Shown here: positions 7,868 to 16,493 of the stretch, piece after piece | Numbering within the stretch: the first letter of the stretch is position 1 | Layout of the letters: every line of letters starts with the position of its first letter | Source of the DNA: Promethearchaeota archaeon | GTDB taxonomy: Archaea; Asgardarchaeota; Lokiarchaeia; Sigyniarchaeales; SOKP01 | Direction: 5' to 3' | NCBI GenBank assembly: GCA_016926735.1 | Contig: JAFGOA010000096.1 | Coordinates: 1-25,361, forward strand | DNA length: 25,361 bases | Position numbers and translations under genes: made by a program | Notes under the pieces: generated by a model | The model's input: the letters and a program-made list of their open reading frames with translations, nothing else | Databases searched by the model: none | Told to the model about the DNA's origin: nothing

Positions 7868-8479
7868 TTATAATCCAAAAATTGTCTTTAATGAGATATA
7901 TATTTTTGATAATTGAGAAATAATTTGTATATTATTTTGTTGCAGATAATATTTGATATAACCTGCTAAACCTTCATTATCTTTAACCCAATCTAAAAAT
8001 AATTGAATCTCTGATTTTAAACCTGGATCTATATTATGACCTCCCACACTTTGCACAGGTGCAGTATATCCTTTACCAAGCGAAGTAGAATCATTCAAAT
8101 ATGATGTTTTTGTACTCATTTCTCCCAAAGCTCTGGCTGTATCCATCATAGATCCTCTCATATCTCCATCTGGAGATACATATGCTATAATTTTATGTTC
8201 ATCATCTTTTGCGGCTACAATGCTTCCTTCACCTCTTATTGATATTGCTGTCAATCTTTCTGCTGTCATCTGTAAGATCGAATATTTCACACCTGAAATT
8301 TTAATAAATTGAGCATTTTGACCAGTCCAACTTGATATTACTTGTCCTATATCTGGACTAATATCCCAATTGTTTGTTTGATATGTTATATTATCCTTCC
8401 CCGTTATAACTGCTACTGCTAAAATCGTTGGATCTTTTTGCATCAAATTATAAACTGCTTGTTCTGGAGTACTTGTCAT
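7868..8479 (-). CDS. Asgard (Loki-type) profilin with ~80-aa C-terminal extension
   Basis: Residues ~1-122 carry Loki-profilin hallmarks AVI..ITYQTNNWDIS, ISGVKYSILQ.TAERL.A.S..GEGSIV, IIAYVSPDG; an extra linker and helical-looking domain follow. Confidence 0.82.
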   Translation of the reverse strand: MTSTPEQAVYNLMQKDPTILAVAVITGKDNITYQTNNWDISPDIGQVISSWTGQNAQFIKISGVKYSILQMTAERLTAISIRGEGSIVAAKDDEHKIIAYVSPDGDMRGSMMDTARALGEMSTKTSYLNDSTSLGKGYTAPVQSVGGHNIDPGLKSEIQLFLDWVKDNEGLAGYIKYYLQQNNIQIISQLSKIYISLKTIFGL

Positions 8480-8575
8480 AATTATATTATAATCCTCTTA
8501 TTTTAATTATTTATCTAATTTTATATTATTAATATTTTCTATCATTATAATTTTAAAATTTTTATAAAAAGTTTG

Positions 8576-9031
8576 TTATTTATTCTTGTGCTTAAAATTT
8601 ATTTTTCCAAAACTCGGGAAATATTTTTCACTTTTCGATTTCACAGCTTGATCTGAATTTTCCTCTATAGAATTTTTCTCTATGTCAATTAAAATTTTAT
8701 GAAGATAATCCGATTTACGTAATTGAATCATGTGACTTTTAAGATCTTCTTTGTTTTTAAAGATTTTTCCACAAATTTGACATTGAATGGGAATTTCTAA
8801 ATGCAACGCTCTAGGATTTTTAACAACCACTTTAAACGCATCTCCTATTTTATTTTGTCGGGGATTAATACAAATATGTCTTATTAATTTTCCATAAGGA
8901 GGATACTGAAAAAAAACTTTAGATCCATGTGTACATTCCCAAAATAATACATCTGCTCCGCACTTTGGACAATTAGATTTAAAAGATCTGAGATGACAAT
9001 GCTTTCCATGGCTCTTATAAAAATGTCGCAT
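8576..9031 (-). CDS. Zinc-finger protein of unknown function (N-terminal Cys/His cluster plus C2H2-like finger)
   Basis: CPKCGADVLFWECTHGSKVFF...HIC and CQICGKIFKNKEDLKSHM...H. Confidence 0.7.
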   Translation of the reverse strand: MRHFYKSHGKHCHLRSFKSNCPKCGADVLFWECTHGSKVFFQYPPYGKLIRHICINPRQNKIGDAFKVVVKNPRALHLEIPIQCQICGKIFKNKEDLKSHMIQLRKSDYLHKILIDIEKNSIEENSDQAVKSKSEKYFPSFGKINFKHKNK

Positions 9032-9200
9032 TATATAAGAAGAAAGATGAAATGTATTAAAATCTTTTTATTAAATCCTAAAATGCAAAATAAAAAATTC
9101 ATAATTTATTAATGGAGCAATCTTTATAACGCAAACATTTAAATGTATTATCTTAATTATACAAATTAAAGAAGTGAACTTTTTAAGGGTAGGCATTCTT

Positions 9201-10109
9201 ATGTCTCAAGAAAATTCTAATTTATGTCCCGAATGTAGAAATCAAAATTTAATTGTTGATATTTTTAGAGCTGAAATGGTATGTAATGTCTGTGGACTCG
9301 TAATATCTCAAAAAATGATAGACTCTGGTCCTGATTGGAGAGCCTTTTCAACTGAAGAAGCAAATAAAAAAGCTAGAGCTGGAGCTCCAACAACATTAAC
9401 TCTTCATGATAAAGGTCTAAGTACTGTTATTGGATGGAAAAATACTGATGCATTTGGAAAAAAAATTAGTGCTAGTAAAAAAGCTGAAGTTTATAGATTA
9501 AGAAAATGGAATACTCGAACTAGAACTAATAAATCAATAGATAGAAATTTAGCTTATGCAATGAATGAATTGGATCGTTTTGCTTCTCAATTAAATCTAT
9601 CAAAGGAGTTAAAAGAAGCAATTGCCCATATCTATAGAAAAATGGCAAATAAAAATTTAATCCGTGGTAGATCAATAGAAGCAATGCTCATCGCTTGCAT
9701 TTATCTAACCTGCAGATTAAATAATCTCCCTAAAACAATAGATGATTTCATCGAATATGCAACTGTTGATAAAAGAAAAATTGCTAGATGTTATAAATTA
9801 ATAATAAATGAGTTAAAAATAAACCTACATGTATCATCACCAACTAATTTTATCCCAAGATTTTGCGCAGAATTGAAATTATCTGGTAAAACTCAAAATA
9901 AAGCTGCTGAATTGCTAGATTTAGCAAAAAAATATAGAATCACTGCCGGAAAAGCACCCACAGGACTTGCAGGTGCAGCTTTATACGTAGCAGCTATGCA
10001 AGTAGGTGAAAGAAGAACTCAAAAAGAGATTTCTCAAACTGCTGGAGTGACAGAAGCTACAATTCGTAATCGATATAAAGAATTAATGACTTATCTTAAT
10101 ATCAGATAG
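9201..10109 (+). CDS. tfb: Transcription initiation factor IIB (TFB)
   Basis: Zn ribbon CPEC..CNVCG, B-reader GPDWRAF, HDKGLST, RGRS, GKAPTGLAGAALY, HTH TQKEISQTAGVTEATIRNRYKEL. ATG at 9201 preferred over GTG at 9174. Confidence 0.97.
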   Translation: MSQENSNLCPECRNQNLIVDIFRAEMVCNVCGLVISQKMIDSGPDWRAFSTEEANKKARAGAPTTLTLHDKGLSTVIGWKNTDAFGKKISASKKAEVYRLRKWNTRTRTNKSIDRNLAYAMNELDRFASQLNLSKELKEAIAHIYRKMANKNLIRGRSIEAMLIACIYLTCRLNNLPKTIDDFIEYATVDKRKIARCYKLIINELKINLHVSSPTNFIPRFCAELKLSGKTQNKAAELLDLAKKYRITAGKAPTGLAGAALYVAAMQVGERRTQKEISQTAGVTEATIRNRYKELMTYLNIR

Positions 10110-10158
10110 AATTAAAATCAGAACTAATTCTTTACAACATTCAAAATAATTTTAGAAT

Positions 10159-10302
10159 TTATTCTACTTTTATTTTTTTAATAACATCAGGACGTTTTTT
10201 GTATAAAATACGATATCCACAATGAGAACATTTTATCCCGGGTAGAGCACTTAATTCTTTTTTAGTTACTTCTTTTCCACATCGTGCGCATATATATCTC
10301 AT
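10159..10302 (-). CDS. rpo12: DNA-directed RNA polymerase subunit Rpo12 (subunit P), not in the ORF track
   Basis: Manual translation MRYICARCGKEVTKKELSALPGIKCSHCGYRILYKKRPDVIKKIKVE (47 aa): CxxC..CxxCGYRILYKxR signature. Confidence 0.95.
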   Translation of the reverse strand: MRYICARCGKEVTKKELSALPGIKCSHCGYRILYKKRPDVIKKIKVE

Positions 10303-10396
10303 AATTCTATAAATACTCTTTTCCTAAAATATTTAATTGTTCAATGGATCTAATACTAAAATTTTAAATTATGGTTTTATAAATTAGATAAAAAAT

Positions 10397-11233
10397 CTAA
10401 ATATAAAGAGATTTTTTCTTATCTTCAGTATCATTAATTTGAAGTGTTTCTAAATTCTTTTCTAATTGCTCCCTTTTTATTTGAAGATTTTTAGATATAT
10501 CATCTAAATTTTCTAATGAATATTTCTTTTTTATTGGTAGTGTAAAAGATCTTTGTAACAGATCTAATAAAGTAATGGATGCTTTTAAATCAGTAATGTC
10601 TTCATTGATTATAGCAATATTATCTGTTTCTGCTAAAATTACTAATCCATCTATATTAAATCTTGCTTTTGAGAGGGTTGGAATCAATCCATTAGCACCA
10701 ATAATGACCCCTTTTTGTATTTTTTCACAATTATTGTTAGATAAAAATGTGGTTAATAAATCCTTAGAAGTTGAAGTTATATAAATTTTAGGAATTTTTG
10801 ATTTTAATTTGGTATTATTCACAGGATAAGCTCCCAATGCCACAATTAATTTAATACCCGATTGGAAAATGATCTCACTTATAAAATTTGAAATTCTATA
10901 AATTCCTTTTGGAGTTAAACTTTGAGCATCAGCAGTAATTAACATAATATCTCTAACTTTATTAGGATCTTTCCATATCATTATTTCTGCCTTTGGGGCC
11001 GAAAGTAAGCTATCATCAACTATTGCCCCTGCAGGATAATCATTAAAAATAATATCCATATAATTCTTTGCATTTAATTGACCTATTAATGTATCTATTG
11101 CAAATTTACCTACATCTGCGATTCCTGGCATACCTAAGATGCAAATTGGATTATTAAATTCGTGCTTAGAAAATTCTTTATGTTTTATTATTTTAATTCC
11201 AGATAATACGGATTCATTCATACTATTCAACAT
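10397..11233 (-). CDS. PAC2-family proteasome assembly chaperone (PbaA/PbaB-like)
   Basis: NPICILGMPGIADVGK, LITADAQ, IVALGAY, GVIIGANGLI, LAET...D.KAS; C-terminal L-Y-I fits the HbYX motif. Confidence 0.88.
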   Translation of the reverse strand: MLNSMNESVLSGIKIIKHKEFSKHEFNNPICILGMPGIADVGKFAIDTLIGQLNAKNYMDIIFNDYPAGAIVDDSLLSAPKAEIMIWKDPNKVRDIMLITADAQSLTPKGIYRISNFISEIIFQSGIKLIVALGAYPVNNTKLKSKIPKIYITSTSKDLLTTFLSNNNCEKIQKGVIIGANGLIPTLSKARFNIDGLVILAETDNIAIINEDITDLKASITLLDLLQRSFTLPIKKKYSLENLDDISKNLQIKREQLEKNLETLQINDTEDKKKSLYI

Positions 11234-11289
11234 TTTTTTTATTCTCTTTGAAATATTAATTTGATTCTATCTATTATATTTAAATAAAA

Positions 11290-11317
11290 TAGAGATATTT
11301 TTTTAATAATATCTCTA
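11290..11317. promoter_or_regulatory. 10-bp inverted repeat upstream of the PAC2 gene (possible operator or RNA hairpin)
   Basis: TAGAGATATT (11290-11299) and AATATCTCTA (11308-11317) with 8-nt spacer; AT-rich, so chance is possible. Confidence 0.3.
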
Positions 11318-11388
11318 AATGAAAATTAAAAATTAACAATTAAATAAGCTTGTATTATCCCCATAGACTTAAGAATTAGTATAATTCT

Positions 11389-11402
11389 AAAAAAAAAAAA
11401 AA
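11389..11402 (-). terminator. Oligo-U archaeal intrinsic terminator candidate
   Basis: 14 consecutive T on the minus strand immediately after the ABC permease stop codon. Confidence 0.5.
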
Positions 11403-12128
11403 TTAAAGTTGTTTTTTCTTAAAAGCTAACATGGATATTACTAAAAAGAGTGAGGTTAGGAGCATTCCTAATAAGATTTGAAAGAAAAATACGTCCATCT
11501 CTCCTGATAAGAAAACTGCTCCAACTATAAAAACTGAGAGTAACTGATTTCCGACATACATTGATAAAATAGCTGACGCAGCAACACTTGATAATGCAAT
11601 GCCAAAAATAATTCCAATTGAACATGAAGTAGACATTATTGCTAATGTACTCCCTATACTTTTTAGAATATCGTAAATCTCATCTATGCCAAAATTCTCG
11701 ATTGTAAAAATATCAAAAATAACTCCAATCGTATATGCAATAAAAGTTGCTAATATTAGACAAGTAAATACAGCAAGATATTTTGATAATATTAATAAAT
11801 GTCGTTTAACCGGTCTAACAAGAAAAAGATCATATATATGTTTATTCATTTCACTTGTAATTGTAGTACTTAACATCACAGCAGATAATGCCCCCCCAAT
11901 ACTAGAAATAATGAATCCTACTAACGATGAAATGGGGATCGGAAAGGTTGAAGGCATGTTCAAAGCTTCAGGTGCAAGAAAGATTAATAATCGAAATAAT
12001 AAAACAAGAATTGGTAATCCAATCCACAATATAATCATTACTTTCGATTTATAATATCCCTTTAATTCATCAAAATATAAAAGAGATAAATTTTTCATTT
12101 GAATTTTATATGATAAAGAGTAACTCAT
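11403..12128 (-). CDS. ABC-2 type exporter permease
   Basis: About six hydrophobic segments and ITSEM.....LFLVRPVKR..LILSKY motif; 4-nt overlap with the ATPase gene. Confidence 0.9.
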   Translation of the reverse strand: MSYSLSYKIQMKNLSLLYFDELKGYYKSKVMIILWIGLPILVLLFRLLIFLAPEALNMPSTFPIPISSLVGFIISSIGGALSAVMLSTTITSEMNKHIYDLFLVRPVKRHLLILSKYLAVFTCLILATFIAYTIGVIFDIFTIENFGIDEIYDILKSIGSTLAIMSTSCSIGIIFGIALSSVAASAILSMYVGNQLLSVFIVGAVFLSGEMDVFFFQILLGMLLTSLFLVISMLAFKKKQL

Positions 12129-13069
12129 TTGTCATCCTCCTCTACTAATTTTAGATAAACTTCTTCCAAACTTGGTCTTAATACATTGAAAGATCTTACC
12201 TTTAATTTTTTAGCAATAATGAATTTTAAAATTTCAGATATGGAGAGATCTAAATCTGAATTTGGTTTTATATGAATTTTTTGCTTAATTTTTCCAATAT
12301 CAATGTTTTGAATACAATCAAGATCAATATCTGGTAATGGAGAAATACCTTCATCATATTTTATTTCAATTATTTTTCCAATATCATAATAATTTTCAAA
12401 TTCAGTTGGAGTTCCAATTTTTAATAGTCTACCTTTATTTATTATTCCGATGTTGGTTGCAAAATCTTCAACATCACTAAGAATATGAGATGAAAAAATA
12501 ACAGTTACATCTTGTTTTACCAATTCTTTAATCATTTTCTTTACTTGAAATCTACTAGAAGGGTCTAATCCTGATAAAGGTTCATCTAAAACTAATAATT
12601 TTGGATTATTTATAATAGCTTGAGAAAGTCTTAATTTTTGAATCATTCCTCCTGAGAGATGCTTTATTTTTCTTTTTTTTACATCTAATAATCCAACTAA
12701 CTTTAAACTATCATTAATTCTATCTTCAAGTGTATTAGAATTAACTCCTGATAATTTTCCGAAAGTCTTTAATGCATGCTCAACAGTTCTCCATTCTTGA
12801 AAACCCACTTCTTGAGGTAAATACCCTAAATCCTGATACAAACCTTGTTTAGCGTGTTCTAAAGGAATATTATCTATTAAGATCTTTCCTTGAAATTCGG
12901 TAATCAGTCCTACTAGTATTTTAATCGTAGTAGTTTTTCCTGCTCCATTTGGTCCAATATATCCAAAAATATCTCCTTTATTGATTTTTAGATTTAGATC
13001 ATCTAATGCAATATTTTTTTTATAAGATTTAGTTATATTTTGAAATTCTAGATAGGAAGTCTTACTCAT
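12125..13069 (-). CDS. ABC transporter ATP-binding protein (exporter type)
   Basis: Walker A GPNGAGKTT, Q-loop YLPQ, signature LSGGM, Walker B LVLDEP, H-loop SSH. Confidence 0.96.
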   Translation of the reverse strand: MSKTSYLEFQNITKSYKKNIALDDLNLKINKGDIFGYIGPNGAGKTTTIKILVGLITEFQGKILIDNIPLEHAKQGLYQDLGYLPQEVGFQEWRTVEHALKTFGKLSGVNSNTLEDRINDSLKLVGLLDVKKRKIKHLSGGMIQKLRLSQAIINNPKLLVLDEPLSGLDPSSRFQVKKMIKELVKQDVTVIFSSHILSDVEDFATNIGIINKGRLLKIGTPTEFENYYDIGKIIEIKYDEGISPLPDIDLDCIQNIDIGKIKQKIHIKPNSDLDLSISEILKFIIAKKLKVRSFNVLRPSLEEVYLKLVEEDDK

Positions 13070-13267
13070 TTTAATTACTTATTATACAGTAGAAATTTTA
13101 TTAATTTCATCAATATTATTTAGTTTTTAAATTTCATTAATTTTTTCTCAACAAATTAATTTCTAATTTTAGGAATAAATAACTTTTAGAACTTAATCTT
13201 AAAATTCTTAATCTAAGCACACCTATCAAATAATACCCTTTTAGCTTTAAAAATAGGAGAAAATCTT

Positions 13268-13864
13268 GTGAATAATTTGAAATATAAATGTTTGAAATGT
13301 GGAGTTTGTTGTTTTGAAATTCCTGGAGATTATCAAAAAAGAATTCCTCTCTACCCTGAAGAGGTAGAAAAATTGATTGTAATAGCAAAAGAAAGAAATA
13401 TTAGATTTCAAGTTATTGAAGATTTAGTATTTCCTGATATTTTGAATAAAAAAATTATAGTAATCACATATAAAATTAAATTAGATAATGAAAACAAATG
13501 TTGTCCATTTTATTCTGAAGAAAAAGGATGTACGATACAAGAAATCAAACCAATGGCTTGTAAAGCATATCCTTTGTCATTAAAACAAGAAGATGCTTTT
13601 CATTTTCAGATTAGTATTGATCCTCTTTGTAATTATGTTTTAAAATACTATGATGAGCTCACTAATATTAATCTAGATCAAATAAAAGCTATTTTTGATG
13701 AGGAATATAAGAACGCAGAATTACACTTAAAAAAAAATAAGAAATTAATCCTAAAAATAAAACAATTAGAACATCTAAATAAAATTAAAATCTTAAGAGA
13801 AATAACAATTGATCAGTTTAATGATTATTTAAAAAAATGGGATAGAGTTGAAATAAAAGTTTGA
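13268..13864 (+). CDS. YkgJ-family cysteine-cluster (CxxCxxCC) protein
   Basis: CLKCGVCC, CPFY...GCTIQEIKPMACKAYP; AGGAG SD upstream of GTG. Confidence 0.87.
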   Translation: MNNLKYKCLKCGVCCFEIPGDYQKRIPLYPEEVEKLIVIAKERNIRFQVIEDLVFPDILNKKIIVITYKIKLDNENKCCPFYSEEKGCTIQEIKPMACKAYPLSLKQEDAFHFQISIDPLCNYVLKYYDELTNINLDQIKAIFDEEYKNAELHLKKNKKLILKIKQLEHLNKIKILREITIDQFNDYLKKWDRVEIKV

Positions 13865-14499
13865 AAAGAAAAATAGTTTCTCTCCTATCTGATGGATTTG
13901 ATAGCCCTATAGCTTCTTACTTAATGATGAACAAAGGATTTATTCCTATTTTTGTTTCATTCCTTACTACCAAACCAGAAAGAGAAGATATGAGGTCAAA
14001 AATTATAAAAATTACACAAAAACTATCAAATTATACTTCTGAGAAATTAAAACTATATTTTATTGACCATTATAATACATTAGAAATAATTAAAAGAAAT
14101 TGTTCAAGAAAGCTAACTTGTGTATTATGTAAAAGAATAATGTTTAGAATCGCGAAGAAAATAGGATCTAAAGAAGATACAAACCTAATTTTAACAGGAG
14201 ATATTTTAGGAGAGCAAGCAAGCCAAACTATTGATAATCTATTGTCATATAATGATTTGTTTGTAGATTATATTAAATTAGCTCCGTTAATTGGATTTAA
14301 TAAGCTAGATATTATGAAAATAAGTAAAAATATTGGCTTATATGATATCTGTGCTGAAAAATTTCAATCCTGTGTTTATTATCCTGAATTTCCAGAAACA
14401 AGAGCAAAAATAGATGACATTAGAATTGCTGAGAAAAATATTAAAATTGATGAATATTTAGATGATATCATAACTAAGATAGATATACTAAAATTCTGA
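13861..14499 (+). CDS. thiI: ThiI/TtuI-like PP-loop tRNA sulfurtransferase catalytic domain, lacking THUMP
   Basis: SLLSDGFDSPIA, CVLCKRIM, TGDILGEQASQT, PLIGFNK, distal Cys in QSC, P.TRA; only 212 aa. Confidence 0.8.
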   Translation: MKRKIVSLLSDGFDSPIASYLMMNKGFIPIFVSFLTTKPEREDMRSKIIKITQKLSNYTSEKLKLYFIDHYNTLEIIKRNCSRKLTCVLCKRIMFRIAKKIGSKEDTNLILTGDILGEQASQTIDNLLSYNDLFVDYIKLAPLIGFNKLDIMKISKNIGLYDICAEKFQSCVYYPEFPETRAKIDDIRIAEKNIKIDEYLDDIITKIDILKF

Positions 14500-14910
14500 T
14501 TTTAGCCTTTTTATAAGCATATTAAATTTTTCATCTTCTTTTTCTTTTTCGATAAATATCTGCAATGCTTCAGATATTATTTGAGCTATTATATGTTTGC
14601 AATAGGGACGTGTTTTTTTTATTACAGTATTTTTATAAAAATCCTGACAGGAACAGAATATTTTTGGATATAATAGATATCTCTTTTGTTTCTCTCCTTT
14701 TATCATCCAAATTACTCTACCAGAAGGGAGATATATATATTTCATTACTTTTCTTTTCAGAACCTCAATAATTTTCTCTCCTTGTTCCGGAAAAGTATCT
14801 TCTAAATATCTTATTAAATTAGTATTTAATTGACCAATTTCTTTTATTTCAGAAAATAATTGTTCTAAATATTCATCTGACATATTTTTTAATCTTGAAA
14901 AATCATTCAT
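14488..14910 (-). CDS. SWIM zinc-finger protein (SWS1/ZSWIM7-like)
   Basis: KYIYLPSGRVIWMIKG...Y...FCSCQDF...CKHIIA (CxC...CxH). Its 3' end overlaps thiI by 12 nt. Confidence 0.82.
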   Translation of the reverse strand: MNDFSRLKNMSDEYLEQLFSEIKEIGQLNTNLIRYLEDTFPEQGEKIIEVLKRKVMKYIYLPSGRVIWMIKGEKQKRYLLYPKIFCSCQDFYKNTVIKKTRPYCKHIIAQIISEALQIFIEKEKEDEKFNMLIKRLKSEF

Positions 14911-15185
14911 TGATCGTTATAGAATGATTAAATAATTATTATAATATCATTCTTAAAACTATTATAATTATTCGAAAATATATCCTTTTTTTATCAAACT
15001 TTATTACTCTGGTTTAGACCTGTATGAATAAGGAACACGTTTCAACCTTCATATGAATAAATTATAGTAGAAAATTATCATATTTTATAATATTTTTAAT
15101 AATTTTGATAAACTAATAATTATCATAAAAAACAAATCATATGAAATCATTTTTGTAAATATAAGAGATAAATGATAGAAAAAAA

Positions 15186-16493
15186 TTGACAACTATTCTT
15201 TATTTACCAACAAGATATTTTCCTGCAATTTCTGGAGCAGAATTCTATCTACAACGTATAGCTGAGATTTTAAAATCAAGATACAACTGTAAAATAGATA
15301 TTTTTACATCAAATGCAATTGATTTTAAAAGTTTAAGAAGCCACTATGGAAAAAATCTTAATAAAGAGAACTTATACTATTCAAGAGTTAATAATATGGA
15401 GATCAATAGATTCCAAGTAACTTATAACCAAAATTTGGAAGAAAAGATGAAAAGAACTAAAGAATTATGTGAATTAAACAATATTAATATTTCTAATGAT
15501 TGTATAAAAAAGTTTATTCAAAATGGACCTTATTTAGAGGAATTTATATATAAAATAGAAAATCGAGAAATATCAGAAGAATACGATTTAATTCACAGCA
15601 CATTTTTTCCTTATTTTAATCTCCTTATAGGATTGATTTTAGGTAAAAAAATTGGAAAACCTACAATTTGTACACCTTTCTTTCATTTTTCTAATCCAAG
15701 ATATTTAGATAATTCCCTTATTGAAATTTTACATAATTATAATCTTATAATATCATGTACAGAAAAAGAAAAGAAATATCTGGTAGAAAATTGTGGTTTA
15801 AATAAAGAAAAAATTAAAGTTATTCCAATGGGTGTTGATTATGATGAATTTAATAAAGTGTATGACTCAAAATACCACGATTTTAGTTTTAGGAGAAAAT
15901 TTTTAGAAAAAGATAGTAAATTCCATGTAGTTCTTTATTGTGGATATAAAAATTTTGAAAAAGGAGCAATTTCTATCTTAAAAGCAATACCTTATATTGT
16001 AAAAAAAATAAAAAGAGTCTATTTTGTTTTTATTGGACCATCCACCAAAGCTTTTAACAGAGTATGCTCTAAAATCAAAAAAATAGAAAATGTAAAGATT
16101 TTAAATTTTACTCCTGAGAATTTGAAAGGATATTTTGATAAGATTAAAATTTCTGCTTTTAATGAAACAGATATATATTTAATGCCAAGTAGGAGTGATG
16201 CATTTGGTATCTCTTTCTTGGAAGCATGGGCTGCTGGAAAACCTGTAATCGGAGCAAATATTGGAGCAACTCCCGAAGTTATTAGGAATAATATAGATGG
16301 ATTATTAGTTGAATTTGATAATTATTATGATATTGCTGATAAAGTGATAAAATTGTTAAAAGATCAAAAATTAAGAAAAAAAATGGGAAATCAAGGAAGA
16401 ACGAGAGTTATGATGAATTATACATGGGATATTATTGCTAAAAAGACATATCAATTATATACTAAAATAATAAACGCTAAAATTGAAAAATAA
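15186..16493 (+). CDS. GT4 (group 1) glycosyltransferase
   Basis: YFPAISGAE, VIPMGVD, KNFEKG, MPSRSDAFGISFLEAWAAGKPVIG, DGLLV, YTWD; TTG start. Confidence 0.93.
   Translation: MTTILYLPTRYFPAISGAEFYLQRIAEILKSRYNCKIDIFTSNAIDFKSLRSHYGKNLNKENLYYSRVNNMEINRFQVTYNQNLEEKMKRTKELCELNNINISNDCIKKFIQNGPYLEEFIYKIENREISEEYDLIHSTFFPYFNLLIGLILGKKIGKPTICTPFFHFSNPRYLDNSLIEILHNYNLIISCTEKEKKYLVENCGLNKEKIKVIPMGVDYDEFNKVYDSKYHDFSFRRKFLEKDSKFHVVLYCGYKNFEKGAISILKAIPYIVKKIKRVYFVFIGPSTKAFNRVCSKIKKIENVKILNFTPENLKGYFDKIKISAFNETDIYLMPSRSDAFGISFLEAWAAGKPVIGANIGATPEVIRNNIDGLLVEFDNYYDIADKVIKLLKDQKLRKKMGNQGRTRVMMNYTWDIIAKKTYQLYTKIINAKIEK

Noticed and set aside
15005-15055. Possible C/D box guide RNA (GGTCTAAACC on the minus strand is antisense to a conserved 23S rRNA word)
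   Set aside because: Only a 10-nt match, with no canonical RUGAUGA or CUGA boxes.
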